Made by a program: the position numbers and the translations under genes. Shown piece after piece: positions 1 through 11,968 of a stretch of DNA of 49,384 bases. The DNA is taken from the NCBI GenBank assembly GCA_018398765.1, contig JAHBMJ010000369.1, positions 1 to 49,384 on the forward strand. The letters are read 5' to 3'. The notes under the pieces are model-generated. The model was not told where the DNA came from and did not search any database. It worked only from the letters and a program-made list of their open reading frames with translations. The first letter of the stretch is position 1, and each line of letters starts with the position of its first letter. This DNA comes from Chromera velia. Its lineage: Eukaryota.

Positions 1-685
<685 letters not shown>

Positions 686-686
<1 letters not shown>

Positions 687-1705
687 ATTCTGCCTCAGAA
701 GGTGGATAGATATGCATGGTCATCGGTGAGTTGCGCATGTGTGAGTGCTCCTGTCTATGCACCTGCTTTTCTCCTCCCTACGCCTTTCCTTCTGATCTTA
801 CTCCCCCCCTTATGCCTTTCCTTCTCCGCTCTCACTCGTTATGCCCTAACAGTAACCAAGAGCTCTCTTTTTGGCTTCTTACGTCTGCTCTCATTTAACT
901 CGCAAGGAGAGTATGGTGCATTGTCTGTCGGGTGGGGTGACGACAAACTGTGTATGCATGATTTGTGTATTTGTTATAATGATGACTTCTTACACAAGCT
1001 TTCTTCATGCGAGAAACGATGAGAAACGGTCGGATAAAAGGGAGTCCTTACGCCAGATGGTTGCATTGAAATCAATTCAGATTGATCATATAATGATTGT
1101 AACGTACGCTCCTCTCTCGGGCGCGTCTGTATCAGATCTATTTGTCCGTAATGTTATTCAATCGCATTTGTTCTCGCTCCCGACCCACCTGTTCGATGTC
1201 TGCCGCGCGGTGCTGATAAGTGAATAACTTTTGCTCATTCTAGCGAAAACCAACCAACTATGCATGCGCCGCCCGGGAGCCTAGCCCTCTAACTAGGGTT
1301 AGGCATCCTCTAACTCACGAACTTAGTGACCAACTAACTATTTAAGTTTAGATTTAGTTTACTAAGATAATTTGAATTCAGTTATTCTGCTAAGCATTCA
1401 TGTTGATATGACATTGTACTTAAACATTTATTTATGTGTAATCGAAATTATATAAAAAAAAATGTAAATACAATATTATGCATTATCATAATTGAATGCT
1501 AAAAGAACTCAAAAATTGAAATCTTCTGATACTGACATATTTAGCTTCAATTTTTTCTTTAATGTTAATTTTATCTTAAAAGAAACATGTTTTAAAGAAT
1601 GTCTATTTAATTTAAAGGTATATAAACAACGTTGAAATACTATGGAACATCCTATATTTCAAAGTCCGAAATGATGTTAAAGTCCGGTAGGTCTCATTAT
1701 ATCAT
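686..1705 (+). repeat. Left arm of a ~1.0-kb inverted duplication (partner 2192-3230)
   Basis: TATTCTGCCTCAGAAGG at 686 is the reverse complement of the sequence ending at 3230; GGTAGGTCTCATTATATCAT ending at 1705 is the reverse complement of the sequence starting at 2192. Colinear throughout, roughly 90% identical in hand-aligned stretches. Confidence 0.97.
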
Positions 1706-2048
1706 CTTTCTACACATCCAAATTGAAGGTCCCTTCTCTGCAGTCACTCAAGATTACCTGGTTCAACATTCTTGCTTTGTCTGCATTAGAACACGTAAGT
1801 TCTCCAAACAGAAAAATTTAAGAAAGAAAGAATGAGAGAGGGGGGGACAGAGAGAGAGAGGAACAGGGGGGGAGAGATACATCCTCATCAATAGAGAACA
1901 GAGAAACAGATACAAAAAGATAAAGACACAGGCAGGCAGGCAGGTAGATAGACAGAAACAGAGACAAAAATAGCTAGACCAGCCAACCAGCCAGCCACCC
2001 AGCCAGACCAACAGGCACAGGCACATATATACACACACACACATACAC

Positions 2049-2084
<36 letters not shown>

Positions 2085-2154
2085 TCAGCCACACAGATAC
2101 AATGGTACATAGATACACAAACACATAAATATATAGATACACATACACATACAC

Positions 2155-2190
<36 letters not shown>

Positions 2191-2191
2191 T

Positions 2192-3230
2192 ATGATATAA
2201 TGAGACCTACCGGACTTTAACATCATTTCGGACTTTGAAATATAGGATGTTCTATAATATTTCAACTTGTTTATATACCTTTAAATTAAATAATAAATAG
2301 ACATTCTTTAAAACGTGATTCTTTGAAGATAAAATTAGCATTAAAGAAAAAATTGAAGCTGAACCTGTTAGTGTCAGGAGATTTCAATTTCTGAGTTCTT
2401 TTAGCATTCAATTATGATAATGCATAATATTGTATCTACAATTTTTTTTTTTATAATTTCGATTACACATAAATAAATGTTTAAGTACAATATTATGTCA
2501 ACATGAATGCTTAGTAGAATAAGCTAAGAATAACTGAATTCAAATTATCTTAGTAAATTAAATCTAAACTTACATAGTTAGTTGGTCACTAAGTTAGTTA
2601 GAGGATGTCTAACCCTAGTTAGAGCGCTAGGCTCCCGAACGGTATATGTATAGTTGGTTGGTTTTCGCTAGAATGAGCAAAAAGTTATTCACTTGTCAGT
2701 ACCGCATGGCAGATATCGAACAGGCGGGTCAGGAGCGAGAACAAATGCGATCGGATAACATTACGGACGAATAGATCGGATGCAGACGCGCCGGAGAGAG
2801 GAACGTACGTTACAATCATTATATGATCAATCCGAGTTGATTTCAATGCAGCCATCTGGCGTAAGGACTCCCTTTTGTCCGACCGTTTCTCATTGTTTCT
2901 TGCATGAAAAAAGCTTGTGTAAGAAGTCATCATTACAACGAATACACGAATCATGCACACACAGTTTGTCGTCACCCCACCCGATCGACAGACAATGCAC
3001 CGTACTCTCCTTGCGGGTTAAATGAGAGCAGACGCAAGAAGCCAAAAAGAGAGCTCTTGGTTACTGTTAGGGCATAACGAGTGAGAGCGGAGAAGGAAAG
3101 GCGTAAAGGGGGGAGTAAGATCAGAAGGAAAGGCGTAGGGAGGAGAAAAACAGGTGCGTAGACAGGAGTACTCACACATGCGCAACTCACTGATGACCAT
3201 GCACATCTATCCACCTTCTGAGGCAGAATA
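2192..3230 (-). repeat. Right arm of the ~1.0-kb inverted duplication (partner 686-1705)
   Basis: Reverse complement of 686-1705; followed by a (CA)n-rich tract that mirrors the (GT)n before the left arm. Confidence 0.97.
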
Positions 3231-3243
3231 GAGGGAGTGAAAA

Positions 3244-3302
3244 ACGCACACGCACATAGACATGCATACATACATACATACGCACGCATACTACATACAT
3301 GT

Positions 3303-3335
<33 letters not shown>

Positions 3336-3525
3336 TATATACACACACGCATATACACATACATGCATACACACACACACACACATACACACACACACAC
3401 ACACACATACACACACACACACACACATACACACACACGCACGCACACACACACATATGACATACACACACGACACACATACACACACATACACAACCGC
3501 ACACACATACACACGAGCGAGAGAG

Positions 3526-3570
<45 letters not shown>
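3244..3570. repeat. Compound (CA)n/(GATA)n/(GA)n microsatellite, probably intronic
   Basis: Direct inspection. Confidence 0.95.
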
Positions 3571-3571
<1 letters not shown>

Positions 3572-4494
3572 GTGCGCGCGCTGATACACCCATGCACACA
3601 TACATATACACACAAACGCGCAAGCGCGTGTGCGCAAACATATACAGCATAAAAGTGCTCTCAAAAGCTGACTTACTCGTCCGACGCCGACTGTCAGACT
3701 GTCTTCTTCTGTGGTTCCCTGGACTTGGATGAGGGTTTCTATAAAGTTCTGGTTCATCTGGATGATGGCCTCCTCAGTGAAGGCAGCTTCGAGCTGAGTG
3801 ATGTTTTTGATGATGTTAACGAAATCAAAGGGCGTCGTCGGGGGCCCCGTCACTTCGGCGATCTTTGTCGCAACCGTCAGGATGGCTTTCTCGTCTGTAA
3901 ATGAAGAGGCCTGCAGAGAGGTATCCATAAAAATAAAACTTGACGTTCAATTGGACATTGAAACGAGTGTGCAAAGCACATATGCATACATACACAGCGA
4001 GAGAAACCCACTTGCAGACAAAGATGCAGATACAGCAAATCGAGATGTCAACCCATTGCTCCTTCGGTCTTTCTCTCTCGTAATCGTTCAGTGAATTAGA
4101 GAGCCGACTAGTAAGGATACTAACAAGCGAATTCACCAACGACTCAACGAACGACAAAGCAGCTGCTGCTCCCGCAGATGCAGGCATCATACACCGAGAG
4201 ATGAGCGAGCCCTTCCCAACATGCTTTCTGCACACGCGTACGCACAAGAAGGCATATGAAACACTGACGAGGCAACCGAAAAACTGTGCGTCTGTCTTGG
4301 TTTCAAATGCATGTAGAGAAAGGTGAAGAGGCAGAAGTCTCCCACAGTCCAACTAGTTGCCACTACATGAGTATAAATTAAATCAGCTGACTTGCTCCTT
4401 CAGAATGGCGTTTCTTATCGTCTGCATTTCCTTCACAAGTGACTGGAGGCTTCTCCGAATCTTTTTGCTGTAGATTCCAAACTCACGACCTGCA

Positions 4495-4540
4495 CACAGA
4501 CATACAAGCATACACACGTATGCACGCGCACGCGCGCACG

Positions 4541-4579
<39 letters not shown>

Positions 4580-4637
4580 ATACACACACATACACACACA
4601 CACATACACACATACACACACATACATACACATACAC

Positions 4638-4670
<33 letters not shown>

Positions 4671-4671
4671 T

Positions 4672-4705
<34 letters not shown>
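4495..4705. repeat. (CA)n-(GA)n compound microsatellite
   Basis: Direct inspection. Confidence 0.95.
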
Positions 4706-4706
<1 letters not shown>

Positions 4707-4819
4707 ATTGAGGGAAAAAACGGGGAGAAACGAATAAGAGAAAGGCCCAGCAATGTATGAATCACCCAGCAAAGGGGGTAAAAGGGGAGAGACAAAGGTC
4801 AGGGTGGGCAGGAGGCGGA

Positions 4820-5907
4820 GCCTCTAGGGCGGGAGCAGCAGCCGGATCGGGGCTGGGGCCGGCAGCATATACAAAGAGGAGGCCCCAAGATGTCAGAGAG
4901 CGGCGAGATGGAGCTTTGACCCCCTAGGGGGGAGTTCTAATTGTTCCAGTGCAGACAGCTGGCAGTAGAGCAAGGTGAGTGTCGAGTGAGTTGGCAGGTG
5001 GGCGGGGGGGCGGGCGGGCCAGGGGGTGGGCGGGCCCCCTGGTGGGCAGGCCGGGGTCGTCACAGGACACTTTGTCTCAAGGGGTTCAGAGGAGCCAGTG
5101 GAGGGTTGATGGGAGGGGACTATGAAAAGTTAGAACATGAAACATGCATATCTTGGCTCCTTGAAGGGTACCGCTGACGGTTGTGCTGCTCCCTAGGTCT
5201 AGTTTCACACTGTTCTCTAGACTTTTTTGTCTCACCTTCTCGCTCACGAATGTTTCAAAACCTCCGGACAAATCAGGCCTGATTTGTCCGGAGGTTTTTT
5301 TCGAAATTTTTCAAATAAGTTGGATAAGAACAAAAGTGGTCAGAAAACTCTTTTTACGTCGATACAAAGCGATTCCGACCGCTTTTGTTCTTGTCTAACT
5401 TATTTGAAAAATTTTGAAAAAAACGTCTGGACAAATCAGGCCTGATTTGTCTGGAGGTTTTGAAATATTTGTGAGCGAGAAGGTGAAACAAAAAGGTCCA
5501 CGAAAAAGTGTAAAACTAGACCTAGGGAGCAGCACAGCCGTTACCGGCACCGATCAAAAAGTAAGGACATCAACTTTTCATATCCTAACTCTTCACACTT
5601 GTCTTTCACCAGCCTCCCACTGGCTCCTCTATGCCCCTTCACACACAGTGTCCTGTGCCGCCGGCCCCGGCCTGGCCCGGGCCCGGCCCTCACCCACCCT
5701 CGGCCTGCCCCGCCCGCCCGCCTACCCCCCGGCCCGCCTACCGACACTCTCGACCCTCGGCATCTCTGTTCCACTGCCAAATGTCTGCACTAGAACAATT
5801 AGAACGCCCTCCTAGGCCGTCAAAGCTCTATTTAGCCACTCTCTGACATCTTGGGGCCTCCTCTCTGTATGTGCTGTCGGCCCCGGCCCCGACTCTGCCG
5901 CCGCCCC
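4820..5907. mobile_element. Non-coding fold-back (long palindromic) element, centre ~5359
   Basis: Left and right halves are imperfect reverse complements (e.g. GAGGAGGCCCCAAGATGTCAGAGAG ~4875 vs CTCTCTGACATCTTGGGGCCTCCTC ~5840; GCTGCTCCCTAGGTCTAGTTT ~5185 vs AAACTAGACCTAGGGAGCAGC ~5513). The right end runs into an N gap, so no TSD can be defined. Confidence 0.8.
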
Positions 5908-5929
5908 NNNNNNNNNNNNNNNNNNNNNN
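5908..5929. other. Assembly gap (22 N)
   Basis: Run of N between C-rich tracts. Confidence 1.
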
Positions 5930-6222
5930 ACCCCACCCCGCCCCGCCCCGCCCCCCCCGCATAATCACATATCGAGAGCAAAGGAATCGACTTACCAAAG
6001 GATACAGCTCCAGTGTGCCAGGGCTGGGACAGCCTCCTCACCAGCATCACTTCAAGCCCCCTTGTAGTTATCAGCTTGAAGAGCTGAGGGAATATACAGT
6101 TGCCTCCCGAGTCCGCATCCTTGAGATGACAGTATGTGAGAATCTGCAACCACGCCCATACACAATGTGAGAGATAAAGAGAGAGCGGGCGGGTGGGGAG
6201 GAGAAAGACAGAAATCTGCCCC

Positions 6223-7300
6223 TTACTTCTGAAGTGGTATACTGTTTCTATGCAGAAAGTCTGGTGGTACTAACTGACCCGATGAAGGCAGCCCTTTACT
6301 TCTCGCATTCCGTTTGATTCCTGTTTCAACCACGTGTTTCCAGGAAAGTGAAGGAGGGCCCCGCTGTTCGCCTGGACTCGATGAAAGAATCGTTCCATCA
6401 CAAAAAACAAAATTAGCATTGTGTAGAGAGTCACATGGCTCCAGCAGATTGTAGTGATCATTTTCGAGGACCAGATAAACCAAAGGAGCGTCTGTTCGAG
6501 AACAATCTGGATGTATCGAGTTTGGGCGGTAGTGTCCTTTCCACTTCCCCTCCTCTTCTTCTTTTCGGAAAACAGTGACATGGCATCCATACAGTTTCAC
6601 AATCAGTCCTAGCTCGAGGTCTATCCCCCATGTCCCTTCGTTTGCCATGCTTTTCATATATGCAGTTGGATTCGAGATTCCCCTTGCCAAAAGTCGACTC
6701 TGAATTTCTGCCGACCGAAGCCGCTTGTACACGATCGTGCGAAGATTTCCAGCAGATAGGTTCAGACGCCTTCCCGTTGCCTCAACCAGGCAGTTGCCTA
6801 GTCTTGGAATGTGGCGCCGGCGAGCCCCAGTCCAGGTTAAGATCTCCATCTGTGTAGACGCCGGACGAAACTCAGACTGAAGTGGTTCCACTGCTGCAAG
6901 AGCGGCAGAGGTCGATTCTTTAGTCTTCTGCGTGCGTTTAAAGAGGCGATCCTTAGCTCGACGCAAACCTGCAAAGCAGTCTACATGTAATTCAATCAGA
7001 GCAGCTATGTCGGAGGTTCGAAAGGTCGGTTTTCTTGCTGAGTTGAAAGAGTATCTGACCTTCATTCTGGAACATCTTTTCTTCTTTCACGGCTGCTTCT
7101 ACTACAAGCAGCAAGTCAAGTTCATGTTAATCCTCCTTGTCCAACACCTGTCCGGTCTTCCTTCTGTGTGTACACCTTCTAACAAAATTCTCACTGGCTC
7201 TCAATAACTGAAGCTTTTCAATCTCCTCGTCGCTGAGTCCTGTGGTCTTTTCTTTTGTAGCCAGAACTCGACGCAATTCAAGGTTACGTGGCGGGAACAT
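6223..7300 (-). pseudogene. OTU-like cysteine protease (deubiquitinase-type) domain gene, degraded
   Basis: ORF 6223-7065 has the OTU motifs IPRLGNCLVEA (catalytic Cys), MANEGTWGIDLEL and LVLENDHYNLL (catalytic His). The upstream ATG at 7300 opens a frame with an in-frame TAA (~7127) and needs a frameshift to reach the OTU frame. The ORF ends at a GTAAGG donor (~6226). Confidence 0.7.
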
Positions 7301-7411
7301 TTTGAACGTTATTTGCGTTGCTTCAGCGATTGCCTGCAGGGTTTTGTACGAGTTTTCAAGCTGAGGTTAAGCATGAGTGTGGAATGATCGTAGCAAGCAC
7401 AACCAAGGTAG

Positions 7412-7615
7412 CTGTCATAGATAGATTTACATATTGTCGCTGTGACTCGCTTCTAATAAATTTATTATTATACAGCAAAGTGCACACTATAGCTATGGTT
7501 TACTATATGATAAATGATAGACAAACGTACGTGTAAAAATGTCAATGAGGGCTAGATCCCCGGAGAAACGTATGCACTGCAGTACTGGCAGATTGTTCTA
7601 GAGATTGTTTAACTT
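7412..7615 (+). repeat. Left copy of a 204-bp direct repeat (putative target-site duplication)
   Basis: CTGTCATAGATAG...GATTGTTTAACTT matches 8846-9049 with about 5 substitutions. Confidence 0.95.
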
Positions 7616-8842
7616 TTCATAGAGACAAGAAGCCATCCCTTCCAGATAGGAAGAGAACCAAAAGCTGCAGGCAGACAACCTTTCTTTGAGAGAAGAGACA
7701 GAATAGTAAGATGGATAGAAGCGCTGAAAAAGGAAGAAATTATAAAGAGGAAAAAGGAAGCATTTGCAGAGAGAGTTGAGAGGTCAGTGCAGAAAAGAGG
7801 AAGGGCCGAGAGGGAAGAGCTGAGAGAAGGCGTCATGCATCTTATCCATGCGTCTCTATCCAACAGAAATTGCCTAAATCTGTGGCTACACAACAGCAAG
7901 AATGGAGAAGATACAGACAGAAGTATTTTATTAGATAGAGATAAGATAGGGAGAACTCCCATCTGCTACACAAAGATAGCTCCCTGGCCTGTCTACAGAA
8001 GAAGGGCTGCATTTCGGGTGGGAGAGAGAAACTTAGAGGTAAACAGGGGGAAGTTCTCAACAGAAAGAGACAGAGGGACCCCATTAATAGAAAGGAAATG
8101 TATGGTTTGCTCTGACCTGCTTAACATTCAAGCAGTCGAAGATGAAATCCATGTACTGACTGAATGCCCTCTGCTGATGGAGAGAGGGCAGACTGCTTGT
8201 AAGCTTTGATGACACGTTGGAGTTCGGTGAAAAGGAGAGAGGAGAGAGCTGCAAATAGCAGTAGATAGAAAGTGGGTGGTGAAGAGAAGGTAGACAAGAT
8301 CGCTCTATTCTCTTTTCTTTTGAATGAGGCCGATAAGAATGTCGATACCTTTCTGAAAGACGTCATGATGAAAAGACAGGTAGTGAGAAAATGGAAAAGA
8401 AAAAAGGGAGATAATTTGAGTCAAGCTTTAGGAAGAGAGTTAGATAGGTTGCATCAGGAGACTTGGAAAAGTGAGAAAGAAAGAGAAGGAAGAATTAAAG
8501 AGTATGAAAGAGTGTGGAGCGATATAAAGGAAGTAAAAGAGGAGGAAAAAAGGAGGAGGATAGGATGTTGGGAGGTTTTGGAACTCGCTTTGAGCCGTTC
8601 ATCTGCAATTCTGGGATCGTTCCCTTTCAAACCCTGCTTTAGAATGGAGTGAGCCCTCTCGCATACACACGCAGGTGATTGACTGTTCAATGTGATCCGT
8701 TCGCGGCACAGGCTAGACCTGTGCGGGCCGGCCAGGGAGGTCTGATGTGTCTAGGCGCTTTCCCTGGAAGCCGCACGTCGGACATTCGGCATTGGGGCAG
8801 GAGGCCAATCCTCTGAACATTAATCCTAATCCTAATCCTAAT
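7616..8842 (+). mobile_element. 5'-truncated, degraded non-LTR retrotransposon (C-terminal CCHC region, 3' UTR, (TAATCC)n tail)
   Basis: Translation AFRVGERNLEVNRGK...ERKCMVC...VEDEIHVLTECP is the typical LINE ORF2 C-terminal zinc knuckle. Frameshifts and stops present; GC-rich hairpin-forming 3' UTR ~8655-8815; tail TAATCCTAATCCTAATCCTAAT at 8821-8842. Confidence 0.85.
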
Positions 8843-8845
8843 AGC

Positions 8846-9049
8846 CTGTCACAGATAGACTTATATATTGTCGCTGTGACTCGCTTCTAATAAATTTATT
8901 ATCATACAGCAAAGTGCACACTATAACTATGGTTTACTATATGATAAATGATAGACAAACGTACGTGTAAAAATGTCAATGAGGGCTAGATCCCCGGAGA
9001 AACGTATGCACTGCAGTACTGGCAGATTGTTCTAGAGATTGTTTAACTT
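8846..9049 (+). repeat. Right copy of the 204-bp direct repeat
   Basis: Starts within a few bases of the LINE tail; matches 7412-7615. Confidence 0.95.
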
Positions 9050-10799
9050 CCTAGCTGCATCGATCGATCGATCGGTTTCTCCAAAACGTTTCTTTCCTTT
9101 CTCAATGCAAAAATTCTCATTGACGCGCATGAACCGTGTCAAAGCCAGTGCCAAGCGATCTTCAAGTTCTTTGAGACGTTGGCAGTCAATCTTGCGATGT
9201 GCGGGATTATCGGAACCACGAAGGATTGCATCATATAATGAGAAGTGTCATAAGCGAAGTGGAGCGGGAGAAATGCACAAAGGAAGGCGAGCACGAGTGC
9301 GAGCAGTCCAGCAGCAGCCTAAGCCGAATAATCATCAAAATTAAAACAAAACCCTGAAGGTCCAGACCGCCATTTCATTGAGAAGAAGAGAAGGAAAGAG
9401 AAGAGAAGACGATACAAATTCAACACCGGCAAGCAGCCAGTCGGCACAAAAAAAGGACCGCCGAGTGCATCCCCTCAATTTCCTCCCTTCCCCCTTTTTT
9501 GAATCAATCGGTTGATCAATCGATCGACATTGTAGGAGGAAGTCCAACGCACCCAGCCGCCAGAGGGCAAGCAACCATGATTGATTGATTGATGGATTGA
9601 TTGATTGATTGATGCGGTTTAGGCCGATACGCGAGCCACTACTTCGGCTCTAGCCCATCAATTGGTGCTCCCTCCCTCGTTCCGTCTCTCTGCATGTCTC
9701 TCTGTCTGCTGCCCCGATGAGCGCAGCAACTGCTTCGAGGATACCAGGTGCTGGACTGACTCTTCCTTCCTTTCTTTTCTGTGCCATCCCTGCGGTTGAA
9801 GATGGCAGGATCTCTTAGCGTTTCCCCCTTTTGGAGTTTCTTCTTTCGCGCTTCCTTCGTGTCGTTGCGGTGCGAGTCGTTCGTTTCTTTTTCCCCCCTT
9901 CTCTTCCTGCCTTGCATCAATCACTCCCTCTGTACGCTTTTCGGAGTCTCTGAATAGAGACAGAGGAGAACCTGAAAGTCACACCATCACTGATGAGATG
10001 AGGGAAGGGATGGACAGAGAAAGGATGGAACGACAGAAGGAATGCAAGGCGATGGCATGTGATAGAAAAGTGGGTGCATGGGTGCGGACACCGCCGTGTC
10101 TCCCTTCTCTTCTCTTCCCTTGCTTCTCTTCTCTAGTTCAGGCCTCAACTTGGAAGATAGACTTCAGCGGATGATCGACAGAAGAGTGACGGACAGACAG
10201 AGAGACCGAAGAAAGAAAAGACCACCTAGAGAAGCGAAGGAGACCAAACCAACGCAAGGAAACAACAAGCAAACAAACAAAAGACACACAGACTCTCGCT
10301 CCCATCCTCTCTCTGCCTTTCTCTCTCTTACACAAAGGAAGAAACCGGATCCTTTTTTTTTTTCTGTCTGTCTGTAAGTCTTGAATGTCTCCGTAGGAGG
10401 ACGGCAGACGTTCAGTTCACCCCCTTTTTCTTGATCCCCTTCCCTTCCCTTCCCTTTCCGCCCCTCGAGCCGAATTCCGTCCCAGAAAGAGCTTTGTGGT
10501 CTTCTGTGTGCTCCACTTTCCTGCTGAGAGAAAGAATATCAAGGGGGAAGCAGGGTCACGCTGTGAAAGCGTCAATTTGTTTCATGGTCGAACCTAGAGA
10601 CTCGTTAAAGTAAATGCAGGCGGACACCCTTTGTGAGACCCACTCAAAGAAACAGGAGACCCAGCACACAGCCAGGCAGAAGACAGCATGCAGACTCATG
10701 CGCCTCAAAAAGAGAAAGCCCAGAGAGAAACGAAGAGCGACCAGCGTCTTCATAAGGAAGAAAAAAAAGAACACGGGAAGAAAGGCAGAAAGGAGGGGC

Positions 10800-10960
10800 G
10801 AACGAACGAACGAACGAACGAACGAAAGGAAGGAAGGAAGGAAGGAAGAAAGGAAGAAAGGAAGAAAGGAAGGAAGGAAGGAAGGAAGGAAGGAAGCAAT
10901 GAGGGAGGGACGGGGGAAGAAAGGAAGAACAGAAGGAAGGAAGGAAAGAAGGAAGGAAAT
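10800..10960. repeat. (GAAC)n/(GAAG)n tetranucleotide microsatellite
   Basis: Direct inspection. Confidence 0.9.
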
Positions 10961-11140
10961 GAAAAGGTGGAATGGAGAAAAACCATCAAAGATGGGATAC
11001 GTGGAGACACATGCATTTTGCCATTCGTCAGACAGGAAAGACATAAAGCTGTCTAAGAACAAGAACCCCCTGGGAGGTAGTGTAAGTTCACGCAGGTCTC
11101 CCCACCTCATTGCTTGCACGAGTACGTCCCATCAAGAGGA

Positions 11141-11968
11141 TCAGTCCCGCCACTCCACGCACATGTGAGTGTCCATTGTGCGAGTGCGGGTGTCCTTCAG
11201 CTCCGGGTTGCACGCCGCCACCATGAGGAAGCCCAAACACTTGTCCTCCTCCCCCATTCGAAGGAACGCGCGCATCTCTTTCGAGTCCCGTGCAGCCGAA
11301 TGCCAGGAACTCCAGTAGCACGCCAGTCCAGGGAATGAACAGGCTTGGATGTGCATATTCTGGACAGCACAGGCTGTGGCTGCGAGCTCTTCCCACTCAG
11401 GCATGCGCTTCGATCCAGCCTGTCTCTGCATCACGATGGCAATCATGAAGGAGACAGGACCCCACCGACCGCAGATCTCCTCTTCAGTTCTCTGACGCCA
11501 CTCAAGAAATTCAGCCTCGGACCCACGCCTGCCGCCAGCCCACCCCACGTGTTGCCAATTTGCATCGTAGAACGCGAGAGACATGTGCTGCATTTGCACA
11601 GCAGCCGCCCGTCCGAGGACGACAAACCGCCAGGGAGGAGACGGGCCGTGGAAGGGTGCCCACGTGGCGGCCTCCAGGAGACTCTGGACGACTTTCTTTT
11701 CGATCGGGCGATGCACATACGATTTGGGGAATACAGATCGTCGTGCACGAATGGAGGGAAGGACTTGCTTCGGCTCATATTGGTTTCTCTCGTCTGCAGT
11801 CAATCCCGTCTGAAGCACGTTCTGAATGAAGAGACGGAAAAGGAGTGCACTGAAAAGCAGACCCCCACCCAGTGTCTGCACCACGAGTGCCCCTACTGGT
11901 CTCTTTGCATTGAATATCAAGGACCAAAAACCGGCGAAGTACTGCCGAAGAGTTGAAGAAAATCCCAT
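11141..11968 (-). CDS. Nitroreductase family flavoprotein (YdjA-like), intronless, with an N-terminal hydrophobic segment
   Basis: 275-aa ORF from the ATG at 11968 with motifs IRARRSVF, LLEAATWAPFHGPSPPWRFVV, ATACAVQNMHIQA and GLACYWSS; hydrophobic stretch LVVQTLGGGLLFSALLFRLFI. Confidence 0.9.
   Translation of the reverse strand: MGFSSTLRQYFAGFWSLIFNAKRPVGALVVQTLGGGLLFSALLFRLFIQNVLQTGLTADERNQYEPKQVLPSIRARRSVFPKSYVHRPIEKKVVQSLLEAATWAPFHGPSPPWRFVVLGRAAAVQMQHMSLAFYDANWQHVGWAGGRRGSEAEFLEWRQRTEEEICGRWGPVSFMIAIVMQRQAGSKRMPEWEELAATACAVQNMHIQACSFPGLACYWSSWHSAARDSKEMRAFLRMGEEDKCLGFLMVAACNPELKDTRTRTMDTHMCVEWRD

Larger units (their letters stand above)
3191..6143 (-). pseudogene. Chain of phase-compatible exons of an unknown protein, probably the 3' part of the OTU-domain (pseudo)gene
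   Basis: AG/GT-bounded exons 6143-5996, 4489-4392, 3910-3677 and 3217-3191 splice in frame (ILTYCHL...[11 protein letters not shown]...ILKEQ/ASSFTDEK...GVGR/KVDRCAWSS). No domain recognised, and the join to the OTU exon is out of phase. Confidence 0.45.

Noticed and set aside
8730..8775. Hammerhead ribozyme in the LINE 3' UTR
   Set aside because: CTGATGT rather than CTGATGA, and no correctly placed GAAA core.
8821..8842. Interstitial telomeric repeat
   Set aside because: Only 3.5 units of TAATCC, positioned as a retroelement tail.
7412..9049. LTR retrotransposon or TRIM interpretation of the 204-bp repeats
   Set aside because: No TG...CA pair of termini or primer-binding site recognised; the insert has a LINE-type zinc knuckle and tandem tail.
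11141..11968. bluB assignment for the nitroreductase
   Set aside because: The motif AP.HG...PWRF resembles the YdjA group, and no other cobalamin genes are nearby.
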